The translations under genes and the position numbers were made by a program. This document shows, piece by piece, positions 1 to 13,782 of a DNA stretch of 64,000 nucleotides. The stretch comes from Hemiscyllium ocellatum. Its lineage: Eukaryota. The notes under the pieces are model-generated. The model made no database searches. It saw only the letters and a program-made list of their open reading frames with translations, and had not been told where the DNA came from. Numbering within the stretch: position 1 is the stretch's first letter; every line of letters starts with the position of its first letter. The stretch lies in the NCBI RefSeq assembly GCF_020745735.1, contig NC_083406.1, positions 41,290,255-41,354,254 of the forward strand, in the 5' to 3' direction.

Positions 1-640
1 ATTATTCATGTCAGTAATGAATATACTGAATAACTGAAGTCTCAATACAGATCCCTGTAGGACACCACTAGTCGCATCCTGCCAATATGAGTACTTACTC
101 ATTATTCCAACTCTATTTCCTGCCACTCAAACAACTTTCTAACCATGTCAGTAATTTGCTCTCAATTCTATGGGCTTCCACCTTATTCCACTGTCTGTTG
201 CATGAACTTCATCAATAGCCTTCTTGGAAATACATTGACTTACTCTTGTCCACCAACTTTGACTGTTCTTCAAAAAACAATCAAGGTTTGCTGACTCTGA
301 CTAACTAAAAGGTTTCAAGGTGATCAGTTACCATAGTCTAGATTGTAGATGCCAGCAATCTCCCCACCAGAGAGGTCAGGCTAACTGTTGTAATTCCCTG
401 ATTTCCCTCACTTTTCTGAAAGAGTGGCATAACATGAGCAAATTTCCAACACAGAGACACGGCTCCTGAATCCATGGAATTCTGTAAGTTTATGATTAGG
501 GCATTGGCAATGTGCTCTCCCATCTCCTTTAATGTATGTGGATAGAAACTATCAAGTCCTGGTGATTTGTCACTCTTCAGTTCCATTACTTTCCTGATTA
601 TTGAAGATTTAATTAAACTAAATTCATTTAGGTACTGCAT
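1..640 (-). mobile_element. CR1 LINE ORF2 (RT N-terminal part), degenerate fragment
   Basis: ORF 338..640(-) has KSPGLDSFYPHTLKE...WKFAHVMPLFQK...VSLTSLVGRLL, the CR1 pre-RT motifs; 40-70 is the reverse complement of a GVLQGSVL-type motif. Confidence 0.85.
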
Positions 641-2874
641 CCTTTGTTAATTTCTTTGGAACTTCTGACATGGCTGTTTTGTGACTTAACTCCATATTCT
701 TTCACGTTACATGACATCACTATGTAGGTCATATTTATTGTCCATCCCTAATTGCTTTTGAGAAGGTGGTGATGAGCTGCCTTCTTGAACCACTGCAGTC
801 TATTCAAGAAGTGGAAATCCTCAAATTGTAATAGATACTTGGTTGTGGTAGAGCGCATAAGGACAACATGAGTCATGTTTACTGTATCTTGGACTGTGAA
901 GAAGCCTGCAACATTTGTGGATTATGAAGCTGTCATCTTCAATTTTCCCTTTTCATCTCTGGAGGACTTCCCCTATCATTCCTCAAGATGGATATCCCTC
1001 TCTTTTATGACCAGCATATCAGCCAATAATAATATTTTGTGGAATTAATCAGCAGCATACTGAAAAATCTGGGCTAATGTGTTGTTGCTCGGAGTGCTGT
1101 TTCTGTATGCCAGTGGTTTGCTCAATGCTTATCAAGTAGGAACATACATTTCAATACATTTTGGTTTTGCTAACATTGTAGGCTGGTACAAGAGTGCTGT
1201 CAATCAGAGAAATTAACAATGGATCCTCCAGAAACCAGCCTTTGCTCACTCGTTGTCAATAAATAATAAATGGATCATGGGTCACCATGAATTACCTTAA
1301 ACAAAAGGGTTGTAAGTGTCATGTGTGCTGATGTTTAAGTCTATTGTTCCTTAAAGTTCCACTGAAAAGCTATTGTTTTACATGGATTCATTGACTCGCT
1401 TAATATCCTATCCAGCGGCAACTGGTTACATTTGGCAATGTCACCATTAATTCTTTGGAAGCTGTTGTGTTATGTCTCATGATCAATATGTTAAATGCTT
1501 TTAAGAGACAGCCCCATGATATCATGTGACCTAAAGGGATAAAGGTCTTATACTCCATCTTACTTTGGATTACTGGAGCATGATTCTCTTCAGGAAGTAT
1601 TCTCCTCTGTTGTAAGCAAGTAGCTTAATATCAGTCCACACACTTATTGGCCCATGAATTGTAATGCTTGTACATAATAATTGTATTAAATATCTGTTGA
1701 AAATCAATACCAGAAAATCTCGGCAAGTCTGATATGTACCACATTATAATGTAAACATTAGCTGAAACTCCCTGCTAAAGGCAAACTCACTGCAGAAGTT
1801 TTTGAGAAATTATTCCAACTACTACAATCATGCTGACCCTGCAGTGTGGCTGCTGGCAATCTCTCATCAGCGTTGTGGATTATCTCTGTCTTGAACCTGT
1901 GGCAGTAAAAATACTGACCAGCCATGATGGATGAAAGAACTTCCAACATCCCATGTGGTGAAAAAATGAAAGTATTCTACTATTTTGCTGAATCTTTACA
2001 CTGCATGACCCCATGTCTGTCCATCTATTCTTCCTCTAAATTTAAAATACGTCAGAGGGAAACGTATTTCACTGCAGTGATTGATGCTACACCTGAATTC
2101 ACAGGCGTAACAACATGTCAGGTAAGCTCAGCAGAAACTAAGTACACTTATAATGAAAACAGTTCTCTACAGGGCAGTTCCAGCAACAAAAGCCTGAATT
2201 TCAGCATTTTAGACACTGCATTGATTGCCTCAACTCTCAATTTGAAGGCAATACCTGACCTGTGACTGGTGGAGGGGGATGAAAAACAAATCGCAAGTCT
2301 GTAATGACAGCTTTAAGGTGACGGCTATACTGAATTTAAATAATAATATTTCCTTGAGGCATAATATTAGAATCTTGGATACTGTAAGCTCAGAGGAAGG
2401 CCATTCAAATCATCATGCCTGAAATAGTCCTTTGACAGAGCTATTCAATTCCTCCCACTCCTCTGCTTCCCTCAGAGCCCTGCAATTTGTTTCTATGATT
2501 TTTAGGTTTCCATTCAATTTCCTTTGTATATTTCATTTTGCTTCCCATCAATAGACAGAAAATACTTGTTTCTTTTTCCTGTCAATTGCCCACACAACAA
2601 CAGACACACCTCTAACACAATGTCAAGGGAAATTCTGCCCCTCCTGTTTCCTGCCCATTGTAAATTCATCATATCTAAAGAACAGATACTTTTACTGACA
2701 CAGAGCAAGGACATGACTTGCTGCCTATCAGTAGCATTACATTTTACCAATACAATATCTGTAATGGGTCAGGATTTTTTTTTAACATGCTACCTCTCTT
2801 AACTCTTATTGCTATCTAACTATACACCAAATGAATACACTGTATTGAATTTATAGTCAAAGGTCTAAGTTAAG

Positions 2875-3237
2875 TAGAATCATAGAGTCATAGAGATGTA
2901 CAACATGGGCACAGTCTTTTCGGTCCAACTGGTCCATACTGACCAGATATCTTAAACTAATCTAGTCGCAATTGCTAGCACTTGGCCCATATTCCTCTAA
3001 ATCCTTCCTATTCATATATCCATCCAAACACCTCTTAAATGTTGTTATTGTACCAGCCTCAACCATTTCCTCTGGCAGCTCATTCCATACATGCACCTGT
3101 CTCTTAGGTGCCTTTAAAATCTTTTCCCTTTCATCCTAAACCTATGCCCTCCTCGTTTGATCTTATGCACCCCAGGGAAAAGACCTTATCTCTTTGCCCT
3201 ATCTATTCCCCTCATGATTTTATAACCTCTATAAGGT
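2875..3237 (-). mobile_element. CR1 (HER1-like) LINE 3' end
   Basis: tagaatcatagagtcatagagatgtac tail (8-bp CTCTATGA repeat on minus strand) followed by the CR1 3' UTR and ORF2 end seen in the other copies. Confidence 0.85.
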
Positions 3238-5599
3238 AGTTAGAGATTGGCTTCTGACCCAAAATCCATTTTTATCCCAAGCTAAAATTCAGCGAGCATC
3301 CCATAAAAAGATGTTAAAGGAGTTTCCAAGCCCACATTCCTCACTTCCCACACATTCCTGCCTGTCCAATACTGGAGACTGTCAGATGTGCCTTTGATTC
3401 ACAAATCATGCTTCCTACTCCCAGCTAAAATGGGGCTGACAAAAATGTTTTGTTTATTGTGCAGTAATTATAGAAAGGATAGTAAATTGGGAAAGCAAAA
3501 CATTTTTTGCGACTTGTTGACAGGAAATGTATGTATTTGATGTTAAACAAACAACAGTATTAATGGAAAGGTAACAACAAGTACGGAGAAGCTAAATTCT
3601 GTTTGCTGGCAAGGGAGGACATTTGGATGAATTCAGTTTACTTTTCACATGAGGCTTCTCTCATTCATCCAACTATTGCTTCTTTTAGCTTTTGGCAGCA
3701 ACTGTGAAACCACTGCAGCACTGACATCCATTTGTGGAGCATTTTGTGACATTAGAAACCTCGTGGTGGGCAGGACCCTGCCCTCTGCCTCTATCTAGAA
3801 CCATCCTTCCCATCCTCTCCAATACCCACACCTCTTTTACCCTTTCAGCATGCAACTGTTGATTTTTTTTCTGAATAATTTAAAGTTGAAATGACAATGA
3901 CAGCAGGGTTACTGATAAAGGCAATCGCCTTTATCGTCAAGGTACTGATAAACATGGTTCTTGCATCCATTAGCTCTTGTGTACTAAACATCTCACATTG
4001 CTAAACGTCATTGTTCACTGTCATTTGGGTTTTTCTCCTCTGCTCTCCAGTTTTCACCTTTTGCAGACCAAGGACATTTTCCAAGAGAAGAAATAATAAA
4101 TAAAACAGCATACTATTTGTTCTTTTCACTGATCCATGTACAAATGTTTACCATTCATTATTTAAGTGTTAAGAGTTTAATAATCCTGCTTGTCACTTTC
4201 TTTCAATCATCAAACTGAAAAGTATTTGTGTTTACAGTGTGTTTTCTACTAAGCACAAGACATGTAAAATATCTGTCAAGGCAATAATTCACTTTCTTTA
4301 CAGTCTGAAGAGATGATCTCACAGTGATGATCAGATATATTTTAATTCAAAATTACATTCAGCTAGCCAAAGCAGCTCATTGATAATTAATGATCTGGAA
4401 TGCCTTGAGTGTTTTACAGCCACTTTACTGAGGCTTTACCGAGCAACGTCATTACAATGCTCAGATATTAACTCATTCGTATTCAAGTGTCATTAAAAGA
4501 AAGCTAGAGAATAACAGAGAAAATTTCAAACGTAAGCTAATCAACTCCACTGATTATATATCAGAAGTTTGAAATTATCATAGACTCTGCATTTATGAGA
4601 AAAATCTAATTTATGTCAAAGGAAAGATAGTCCAAATAAAACAGTCAAGCCTATTTATATTTAATTTTAAGACTAAAAATGTTACTTTTGCCAGTGTACA
4701 ATCCCCTATTCTAGGTCAAAGTCCAAATACATTGCTGACTTCAGGTAACAAAGTTTCCACATAGGTGGACATCATGATAGGTTTTATTTGGAACTGACTG
4801 AAGCAGGAAATTCATGAGATGTCCTTTCCCTGTGATGCAGTCTAGACTGAAGTTTCTCCTGTTCCGCCTTAGAGAGCTCTAAATGAGACAGGTTTTATTG
4901 GGTTCCAGTGGGATTAGATCCTCAAAATAAAATTGTGCATTGTTGGTGCAGCTTGTGAACAGGATTTCAAATCTCAGTTAGGAAAGCTGACAAAATGGTG
5001 TGGGAAATTAGGGAAATATGTCACACTTGGATTCAGTAACATGTGCTACTCTGAGGCTGATATGAAAGCACACTGATGCAAGAATACCTCTGGCTGTTAT
5101 CAAGAGTTATATTTGAGAACATTTTAGACAGTTTGCCATTTAAATTGACACAATCATGTTGTAAAAATATTTGATTTAACCAAAAGCAAAGCAAGAAAAC
5201 CTTCACTGATATATTTACAATAGTGCTACAAAGAGGAGCCCAAGGAAATCTAATCCCATTATTAATATAGGATTAAAGTTCTTAAATATTGTACACTGGA
5301 TGCTGATTTATAAAATAATCCTGTAATAAATTTCCAACCGCAGACATGCCTTATCTTGGTGAACATAAACGTCATTAAAATACAGATTAGGAATAAATAA
5401 ACAAATTAAGCAAGTGTTCTAGCATTGCAATTAAAACAAACACAATATTTGAGTCTCCTGTGGATTGTCCCTCAATTCAAATTTTCTGTTTCAATTAGTT
5501 TTCACCTCTAAGCGGTCAACTAATCTAGGCAAAGCAGGAAGAAAGCATGTGAAAGAATTATATGATTTTAATCACCTTTATTTATCATTTATAGCATAA

Positions 5600-5880
5600 T
5601 AAAATATCCCAAATATTTCACAGAAATATTGTAAGAAAATTGTATCATGAGCAACATCGATTGATATTGGAGCAGATGGTCAAAAGATTAATCAAAAAAA
5701 GTACTGTCTTAAAGAGAGGAAAAGAGGTGCAAGTGTTTAGGGAGAGAATTCCAACGCCAAGACCTAGGCAGCAGAAGGCAGGGACGCCTGTGGTGTAGCA
5801 ATTAATATTGAGGATGACCAAGAGGTGAGAATTAGATGAGTACAAATTTCTAAGAGGGATGTGGGATTAGAAGACATTGC
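5600..5880 (-). mobile_element. Old L2-like LINE 3' fragment
   Basis: gtttagggagagaattccaa...cctaggcagcagaaggca resembles the reverse complement of the L2 3' region at 11450-11520. Confidence 0.5.
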
Positions 5881-7899
5881 AATCAGAGAAGCAAATATCT
5901 AAATTTGTTTATATTATAAGGTTATAAGATAGTTCATGTAGTTGCTTGTAAATAATGATGAATAGGGTTGCAGTATTTATGATGCTCCAGTTTTACTAAT
6001 TGCTTTTTAAGGGCATAAACTAATTTGGTATATTTCAGACACTGTAGGAATTGAAAACCACTAGAGGGCATCATGTGATTATAAGAGTTTGCTTTTGGCA
6101 GCTTTACTGAAATGTAAAGGTACTGGTCTGTATTTTCTGCTTCTTCCATGAAGCAAATCTTCGAATGGAAACTTGGTAATAATAACAAATAGTGATATAA
6201 TCTTTGGTTTGGGATGTAGATTCTGTGTATGTCTTTTCCATCTCTAACTTTTGAGGTGTTGTCAGTCAGTCTGTGACATTTGTCTCCAGGCAGGATAGTC
6301 ACCCAGTCACCTGGAAATAATATTGTGTTTGGAAATGGAAGTGCTGTAAAGGGAATTATGGATGAGCAGGTGATAGATCCCCAAAACTGGCTTCTACTCA
6401 GAATTTGCAAGAGCTCAGATAAGTATGTATCAGCAAGCTTTAAACCCTGTCTGCAAATTATAACTGGATTCAGACATCTGCCTGGTTTTGAACTTGATTT
6501 TTACTTTAAACTTGTAGATGATCTTAAAAAAATTCTAACATGAAAATTTGACTGAAACCTCAGTTATTAAAATAAATGACATTTTCCCTGCACTTATTAA
6601 TAATTCTAAACATATGATAGTAATTGATAAGGTTTTCAATGAATGCTCATCAACTAAAATGAACACATTGTCACTCAAATCATGTTCTTCTGAATAGTCT
6701 CCGGTTTGGAAATAACAGAGAGAAATGATCATGGTCCTTGCTGTTTCTATTTTATTACTTCAATATTAGAGCCATGCATAATTATGAATTGCAAATGTAC
6801 AGAAGATACAAAACAAATCTTTCATACTTTTGCTTCATGTCAGGTTTTCTGATTCTGTATGTAGAGAATCTAATCCTGATTTTCATCATTTTATGCACTT
6901 TTCTGTGTATAAGTGTATAAATCAGTGTTGGTTTAATCGATTCCTAAGTCTAAGCAGTTCAGTCATTGAATCCATTAATTGTATTACTGGAGCACAGTTC
7001 TTCTGAGGAAATGATTAGAAAGGTGGATGTGAAGACATCTTAGACAGCTATGTGGTTTTATCTGTGCAGTTATTTTGAATTGAGAACTCCCCCTATTTTT
7101 CATTCAGTTATGAGAAAGTTTTGAGTGATCTAACCAGATGCCATTAACATTACACACATTGAAAACACTTGAACTAGCATTCAATTGACTGCAAACATGA
7201 ATTTTAAGCCAAAAAAATCACAGCAGACTGTAGCCTGTATATTAATGTTTATGAACTAATATTAATAGGTGAATATTTAATATATTTTTACTTGGTTAAA
7301 TGCCAAACAACATTTAGTATTGTTGCACTGAACTCTTCATAGGTAATCGATGGGCTTGCATCTTAACAAAGAATACTTAAACTACGATTTTTGAATGCAT
7401 AAGAATTTTTACTAGCTGCAAATGACATGCATCTAGGTCACACAATCTTGCCAAGGCATAGGCTAGAATTGTTGAGAGTGAATAATCACAGGAGAGTTCC
7501 AGGCACAGCGAAGGTTGTCCTAAACAAAAACCTACATTAGGTCATCTACAATCTGGAAACTGGAGCAAAACAGAAACATCAGAAGTATAAAAGGTAGCCA
7601 AAAAAATCTGTTAATAATGTCAAATACGATCATTGCACATCCATTTCACATGAAGTACAGTATTGATTTCACCTCCTTCTCAGTCTGAGATGGTATCTGA
7701 AAAAAGATGGAATACTTTTCCTTTCATTTACAATCATAGTACATTTTTATTGTGAAATTTATAAAAATGATAATTAAATGTGTTCCCTTGACACAAAATA
7801 CAATTCAGACATCTTCAATTAACACAGCCTGGTTTCGAACTCTGATTTAGTTTGTAACATCACTTACCTGATCAGATGATTGTGGATTAATTGTTAATG

Positions 7900-8050
7900 A
7901 TTACATTGCTATTTGTGGGAGTTTATTTTGTGCAAATTGACTGCTGTATTTCTTACATTGTAACAGTGACTACAATTACAAAATTACTTTCAGGACTGTA
8001 AAGCACTTTGAATATCTTGCAGTTGTGAAGAATGTAAATGAAGTATTAGT
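7900..8050 (+). mobile_element. Deu-domain/L2-tail SINE 3' fragment
   Basis: cattgctatttgtgggag...gtgcaaattgactgc...acagtgactaca...ctgtaaagcactttg...aaatgaag matches the DeuSINE-type 3' half as I recall it. Confidence 0.5.
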
Positions 8051-8399
8051 ATTTCACTTTCTTCATTTTGGTTAGTCTCATAAAACCAAATGCACCAAGA
8101 CAATGTTGTTTAATTTACCGGAGTAAAAAAAGAGCTGTCTTTTTGTTTGCCTGAGAATCCCTAGTTGATTTGATACAGGGAAGTGTATTATAAGAAGGTT
8201 TAAAGTTGTCCAAATGCCAATGATACTCATTAGGAGCTTGAATACAAATATTGATACACACTGTTAATTATCTCAATTTTAGTTCACTGCCAGAAATCTT
8301 TTGCTATTTCACAGTGTCCATGTCAAACAAATATAAACAGTTTCTGATAATTTCCTGTTATTCTTCTAAAAGAGCTCATTTTTGCTTAATAGTGCCCTG

Positions 8400-11300
8400 G
8401 ACCTGAACTGACATTTCTTCCTGTTTTTTTTTCCTTTCTTCCCTTACCCCTCTGTGAACTCACCTTGTCCATGAGACCCAACCTCCTTTTCTTAACCTTA
8501 TTCCCATGAAAATGCTGATGTTTTCGATCCAGCTGATATTTTGAACAGTTATTTCTCTTTAGATACTGCTCCTCCCCTTCTAAAAGACTGTCATCAACCT
8601 TCTCAGAAAGGTAGCTCTTAATCCCACAATCTTTTCAAATTGCAGTTCAACTTAAACCTTGCTTTCTGCTCAGATCTGAAGTCAAGATTGTGTTTCCTCC
8701 TCCCAAATTCTGTCCCATCTACCGCTGTTTCATGCATGAATTTCTGCCTTGGTTTTTAACCCCTCCTGCTGTATCAATGTGGCGTTGATTAAGAGTCACA
8801 TGCAACATTTTATTTGATAATGATGGACCTAAAATATCAATCCTTGTTTTTTATGAACATTTACAATCTTTGATATAATTGATCACTCCAATCTATTTCA
8901 GAGCCTCTCCACTGTTGCACCACTGAGATGGATGACACAAGCATGGTTCCATGCTTTGACTTATCTTCCTAGTCTCACAATGTTGCCCCTGTATCTCTCA
9001 ATGATTTATCCTGGCCCTATCCTATTTCATACCTGCTTGCAACCCTTAGAGACTCCATCTGCAAGCATAGCATTGGTTTTCACTTCTACGTTGATAATAC
9101 CCATGTCTGTTTGACCACCATTCCATCAACTCAGAGTTACAGAGTCATACAGCATGGAAAAAGACCCTTAAATCCAACCAATTCTTGCTGAACATAATCC
9201 CAAACTAACTAGAACCACTGCCTACTCCTGGCCCATATCCCCTCAGACCTTCCCTATTCATCTACTATTCCAAATGTCTTTTGAATGTTCTAATTGTATC
9301 CACATCTACCACTTCCTCAGAAAGTTAAGTCCACGTGTGAATCATTCACTGTATAAAAAAATTGCCCCTCATGTCCGTTCTAAATCTCTCTCACTTTAAA
9401 AATGTGTCCTCTAGTCTTGAAATATCCCATTCTATGGAAAAGGCACTCATCATTAACTCCATCTATATCCACATGATTTTATAAACTTTGATAAGGTCGC
9501 CTCTCAATGTCCTTTGCTGCAGTTAAAAAAGTTCCAGCCTATCTAGCCTTTCTTTGTAACTCAAACTTTCCAAGTCCAGCAACATTCTGGTAAAATTATT
9601 CTGAACCCTCTACAGCTTTAAGATCTACATAGAGTCAGAAAGATGTACAGCATGGAAACAGACCCTTCAATTCAACTTGTCTACCCTGACCAGATATCTT
9701 AATCTAATCTAGTCTCACTTGCCAGCACTTGACCCATGTCCCTCTAGACTCTTCCTATTCATAAACCCATCCAGATACCTTTTAAATGTTGCAATTGTAG
9801 CAGCATCCACCACTTCTTCTGGCAGCTCATTTCCATCCATGCACTACCCTCTGCATGAAAACGTTACCCCTTAGGTCACTTTTATATCTTGTTCCTCTCA
9901 CCTTAAACCTATGCCCTCTAGTTCTGGACTCCCCCACCTCAGGGAAAAGACTTTGTCTATTTATCCTATCCATGCCTCTCATGATTTTATGAACCTCTAT
10001 AAGGTCATCTCTCAGCTCCTGACAGTCCAAGGAAAAAAGCCCCAGCCTATTCAACCTCTCCCTATAGCTCAAATTCTCTAACTCTGGCAACATCCTTATA
10101 AATCTCTTCTGAACTCTTTCAAGATGCAAATTTCAAAGAATTATGTACCTGTACCCCTCAGTCCCTCTGTTCTACAACACTACCCAATGCCTTACCATTA
10201 ATTATATAAACCCTATCCTTGTTTATTGTATCAAAATGCAATATCTTGCATATATCCAGATTGAACTCTACCTGCCATGTTTCAGCCCATTTCAATTTGA
10301 TCAAGCTCCCTTTGTAATCTTAGAAAACTTTCTTCACTGTCTATTATGCCAGCAATTTTGGTGTCATCTACAAACTTTACTAAACATGCCTTCTGTATTC
10401 TCATCCAAATCATTTATATAAATGATAAACAAAAGATGACCCAGAACCGATCCCTGTTCTGGTGACAATCAGAAAAGCAATTGTCAACTACCACTGTCTG
10501 TCTCATGCCCTTAAGCCAATTATATGGCCAACTGGCAAGATCACCCTGAAACACATGCAACCTAATTTTGCAGAATCTTGTTGAAAGCTTTACTCAAGTC
10601 TAAGTAAACAATGATACTGCTCTGCCCACATCAATCTCTTTGGTAACCTACTCAAAACACACAATCAAGGTGGTGAAATACAACTTTCCTCACACAAAAC
10701 CATGTTGACTATCCCTAATCAATTGTTTCTTCTCTAAATGTCCATAAAATCCTATCTATTATAATCACCTCCAAATATTTACTCACAACTGATATCAGAC
10801 ATACAGGTCTATAGTTCCCCCATTTGTTCTTGCAAGCTTTCTTAAACAAAGGTACAACGTTAGCCAACTTAAACTGCTTGTCATCATTCAATACTCAAAG
10901 AACAGAAGTTTATTTAAGTTGACCATTGGGAAAATCAAATCTCATGGTCTTAAGTCCTTGCTATGAGATTTGTTCCCTAGCAATCAACTTCATCCCTTTC
11001 CAAAAGTTTAATGCTGAATTGGATTTTTACAACTTAATGTTAGACTTCAACCAGAGATGGGCTTCTCCCCACATATCCATGCCATCACTAACTTTTCCTA
11101 TTTCCACTTCTGTAACATTACACAAATCTACTGCTGCCACATCTGGTGAAGACCACACCTCCATACTTTTTATACCTGTAGACATAACTATCCTGCTTGT
11201 ACATGCAGCTTGTTTTACAAGTATTAGCCTTCATAAATCAAGGTCCTTCAAATTACCAATGTCAAGTTCTGTTTACACATCTCTTCTGTGTTCACTGATC

Positions 11301-11705
11301 TATACTAGCTCCCAAATATGTAAACCTCAATGATAAGATGTTCAGATACCTTTCCATGGTCTCACTAAATCTCTAATCTGGTTCAGCCACATAATCACCC
11401 AGGACATAAGCACTTGTGCGCTTCTGGCCTCTTGAGGAATGTCAATTGTTCCAGTACACTTTCAGCTTTCTAAGCTTTGCACTCAAGAGTTCTCTCCCTA
11501 AATCTTTTTTATTCTCTATCCCTCTAATCTCCTTTAAAATTCTTCTTAAATCTACCTCTTTGATCACAATTTTCGTCCTTATGGCTTACAATCAACTTAT
11601 GTTGCTAAATTTTACTTGTGACATAAAATAAGATTGTATTATTTCATGCTTCTGTCAACTTACTTAATACGCTAACGGTATCACAAAAATACAAGTTGTT
11701 TTTAT
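8400..11705 (+). mobile_element. Decayed L2 LINE interrupted by CR1 insertions (L2 parts about 8400-9130 and 10870-11705)
   Basis: Pyrimidine-rich L2-type RT remnants (ALIKVT-like at about 8780, GPILF at about 9012) and an L2-type tail aaatacaagttgtt at about 11690. Confidence 0.55.
9131..10865 (-). mobile_element. CR1 LINE 3' part with a second CR1 3' end (9625-10121) nested inside
   Basis: Two separate CR1 3' tails (9131 and 9627); ORF 9827..10129 LERVQKRFIRMLPELENLSYRERLNRLGLFSL; RT remnants continue to 10860. Confidence 0.85.
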
Positions 11706-12879
11706 TATTGTAGTTCAGGAAGATGTTCTGAAACAGATACTTATGAACATTCATCCTGTCAGTAAAGCTGACTTTTTAGCACTTAGTTCTGCAAAAAGCA
11801 AATAAAAACCTTTCACTTTTCCTCATAGTAAGGCAATCATGCTGCAATTTTCATTGCAGTTATTGTGGCCAGTATGTATTCTCACTGTGAAGGTTGTTCT
11901 CTTGATTGGGTAAGTTTGAAACCCAAGTTAGTTTGATATTCCAATTACTGATTTGTTTTGCAATAATAACTGCATTATCAAGTCTGGGTAGAGGCAGTTG
12001 GTCTTTCAAACATTACACATTAGGCATGTTTGGGATGTTTCTTATTAGCAATTGAAGAATTGACTTTCTGTTGTAATGTAACTGAACCAGAATCACAATT
12101 GCCTGACACTGTGAATAAGTCAGTGTTATGTTATCAGTAAGAATACAATAAGGCTATGTTTTTTCTCTAGTAGTTAGGCTTCTCTTGATTTATAGTGACC
12201 TGATATATAAAAAGACGATTCTACAGAATATCTTGGATTCTTCAGAAGTTGGGTCAGTTTCAAATCAAACTGTTTTGATCCCAATGTCCCTGATGGCCTT
12301 TGTGATGATAAAAATGCTGCGATGAGAAGAGTTTTCAGAAATTTCCTTTGAATGGTAATTGTTTCACCCAAAGGATAAGACCTCAATTCTTGGATATATA
12401 TTGCAACATATTTTTAGAGGTAATTTTCTATGCATACCTTAGTTAAGATTGATTGTGACTCTGCACAATTACATTTTTCAAGACGTATTTCCACCTCTGT
12501 ACTGGCCTTACCAGATTCATTAAAGAACAAGCGTTTCATGGAATATTTTCCTGGATTTCCATCAGCACTTACTGACCTCAGCTGATGAGCTTCTTTCATT
12601 AAGATACTTACTTTAGCATTACAGCCTTGTTCAGGCTGTTCTTCATTGGTACCTATTCCTTGGTAAGTTTCAAGGTGCTATGGTATGTGGTGGAAATTTT
12701 CACCTGCTTTGTTCAGTGCCACAATGAGCTTGCAATGCTTTTGATAGTCCTTAACTGAAGTTTCCTACATTTGTTTATCCATAATATTAGACCCATAACT
12801 GCTTGTTTGCACATTCTACCTTTGGACAACATGCACAATAACAACTTTTGAATTTGAAGGTAAAATATTTTAATCACAG

Positions 12880-13570
12880 AACTGCTATGATACAGAAGGA
12901 GGCCATATGGTCCATTGTTCTTACATCAGCTCATTTAATGAGCATCATCATCTGTGCTGATCTCTTGCTTTTTTTCACCTACCATTTTCTCCAGATAATT
13001 ATTCAATGTTCTCCTGAATGCCTCAACTGAACCTACCTTCAGCCTTAATTTTTTTGCAGATCACTTAAAATCTATGCCCTCCTGATTGTATTCCTTTTAT
13101 GAGCAGAAACATTTTCTCTGATCAAATCTATCCACCCTGCTCATGATTTTGCAAATCTCAGATCTCTCAGCCTTTTTGTCTCCAAGTCCCAACTTTTTCA
13201 ATCTTTCCTTTTAACTGAAGATCCCCATTCCTGCAACCAACTTGTTGGCCACTTTTGCAGTCTCTCCAATGCATTCACATCCTTCCTATTATGTGGACCT
13301 AGAAGCATACACAATATTTAAAATTAGGTCTAATAAGAGTGTTATACAAGTCCAACATTCTTGACTCTTGTACTCTATTCCTCTATTAATAAAGCTGAAG
13401 ATATTGCATGCTTTACTTGCTGCTCTCTCTATCTGTACTGACACTTTCAATGATCGGTGCACAAGTACTTATTCTCCTGAGCCCTCTCAGAACTGAACTT
13501 ACTTTTTTAATATTGTTTTTCTGCTTCCTTACTACCAAAATAGATCATTTTACACTTTTTACATTCATAC
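12880..13570 (-). mobile_element. Old CR1 LINE 3' fragment
   Basis: acagaaggaggccatatggtcc tail, tctctccaatgcattcacatccttcc (LERVQ region on minus strand). Confidence 0.7.
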
Positions 13571-13584
13571 AATTTGAATTAATA

Positions 13585-13782
13585 AAAGAAAAGTCATCCA
13601 AGACCCAGAGGGCCACAAGACTGCTCTCTCGTTAGATAGTAGCTTAACCTGAGGATCACCACACCTCAGACAAGAGATGAGGTTGAGAAGGTGGGACCAT
13701 AATGGTGACCTCAGCAAGTACAGGAATTGAACCCTTGCTGGTGGTACCATTCTACAACCCAAGCCAGTCAACTAGCTAACCG
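13585..13782 (-). mobile_element. tRNA-derived SINE (family also at 28785-28955)
   Basis: Minus strand has A-box/B-box-like ggttagctagttgactgg...gggttcaattcc; similar internal sequence at 28785-28955. Confidence 0.6.

Noticed and set aside
960-1135. Possible Harbinger transposase relic on the minus strand (IEQTTGIQKQ)
   Set aside because: Only one weak motif; too degenerate to support
1791-1896. AG/GT-bounded 106-bp minus-strand exon candidate, and adjacent ORF 1924..2265
   Set aside because: Peptides unrecognisable and no partner exons; compatible with chance
6320-6350. FGNG motif resembling an antigen-receptor J segment; scattered CACAGTG heptamers elsewhere
   Set aside because: No nonamer at 12 or 23 bp spacing for the heptamers I checked, and no V or C exons
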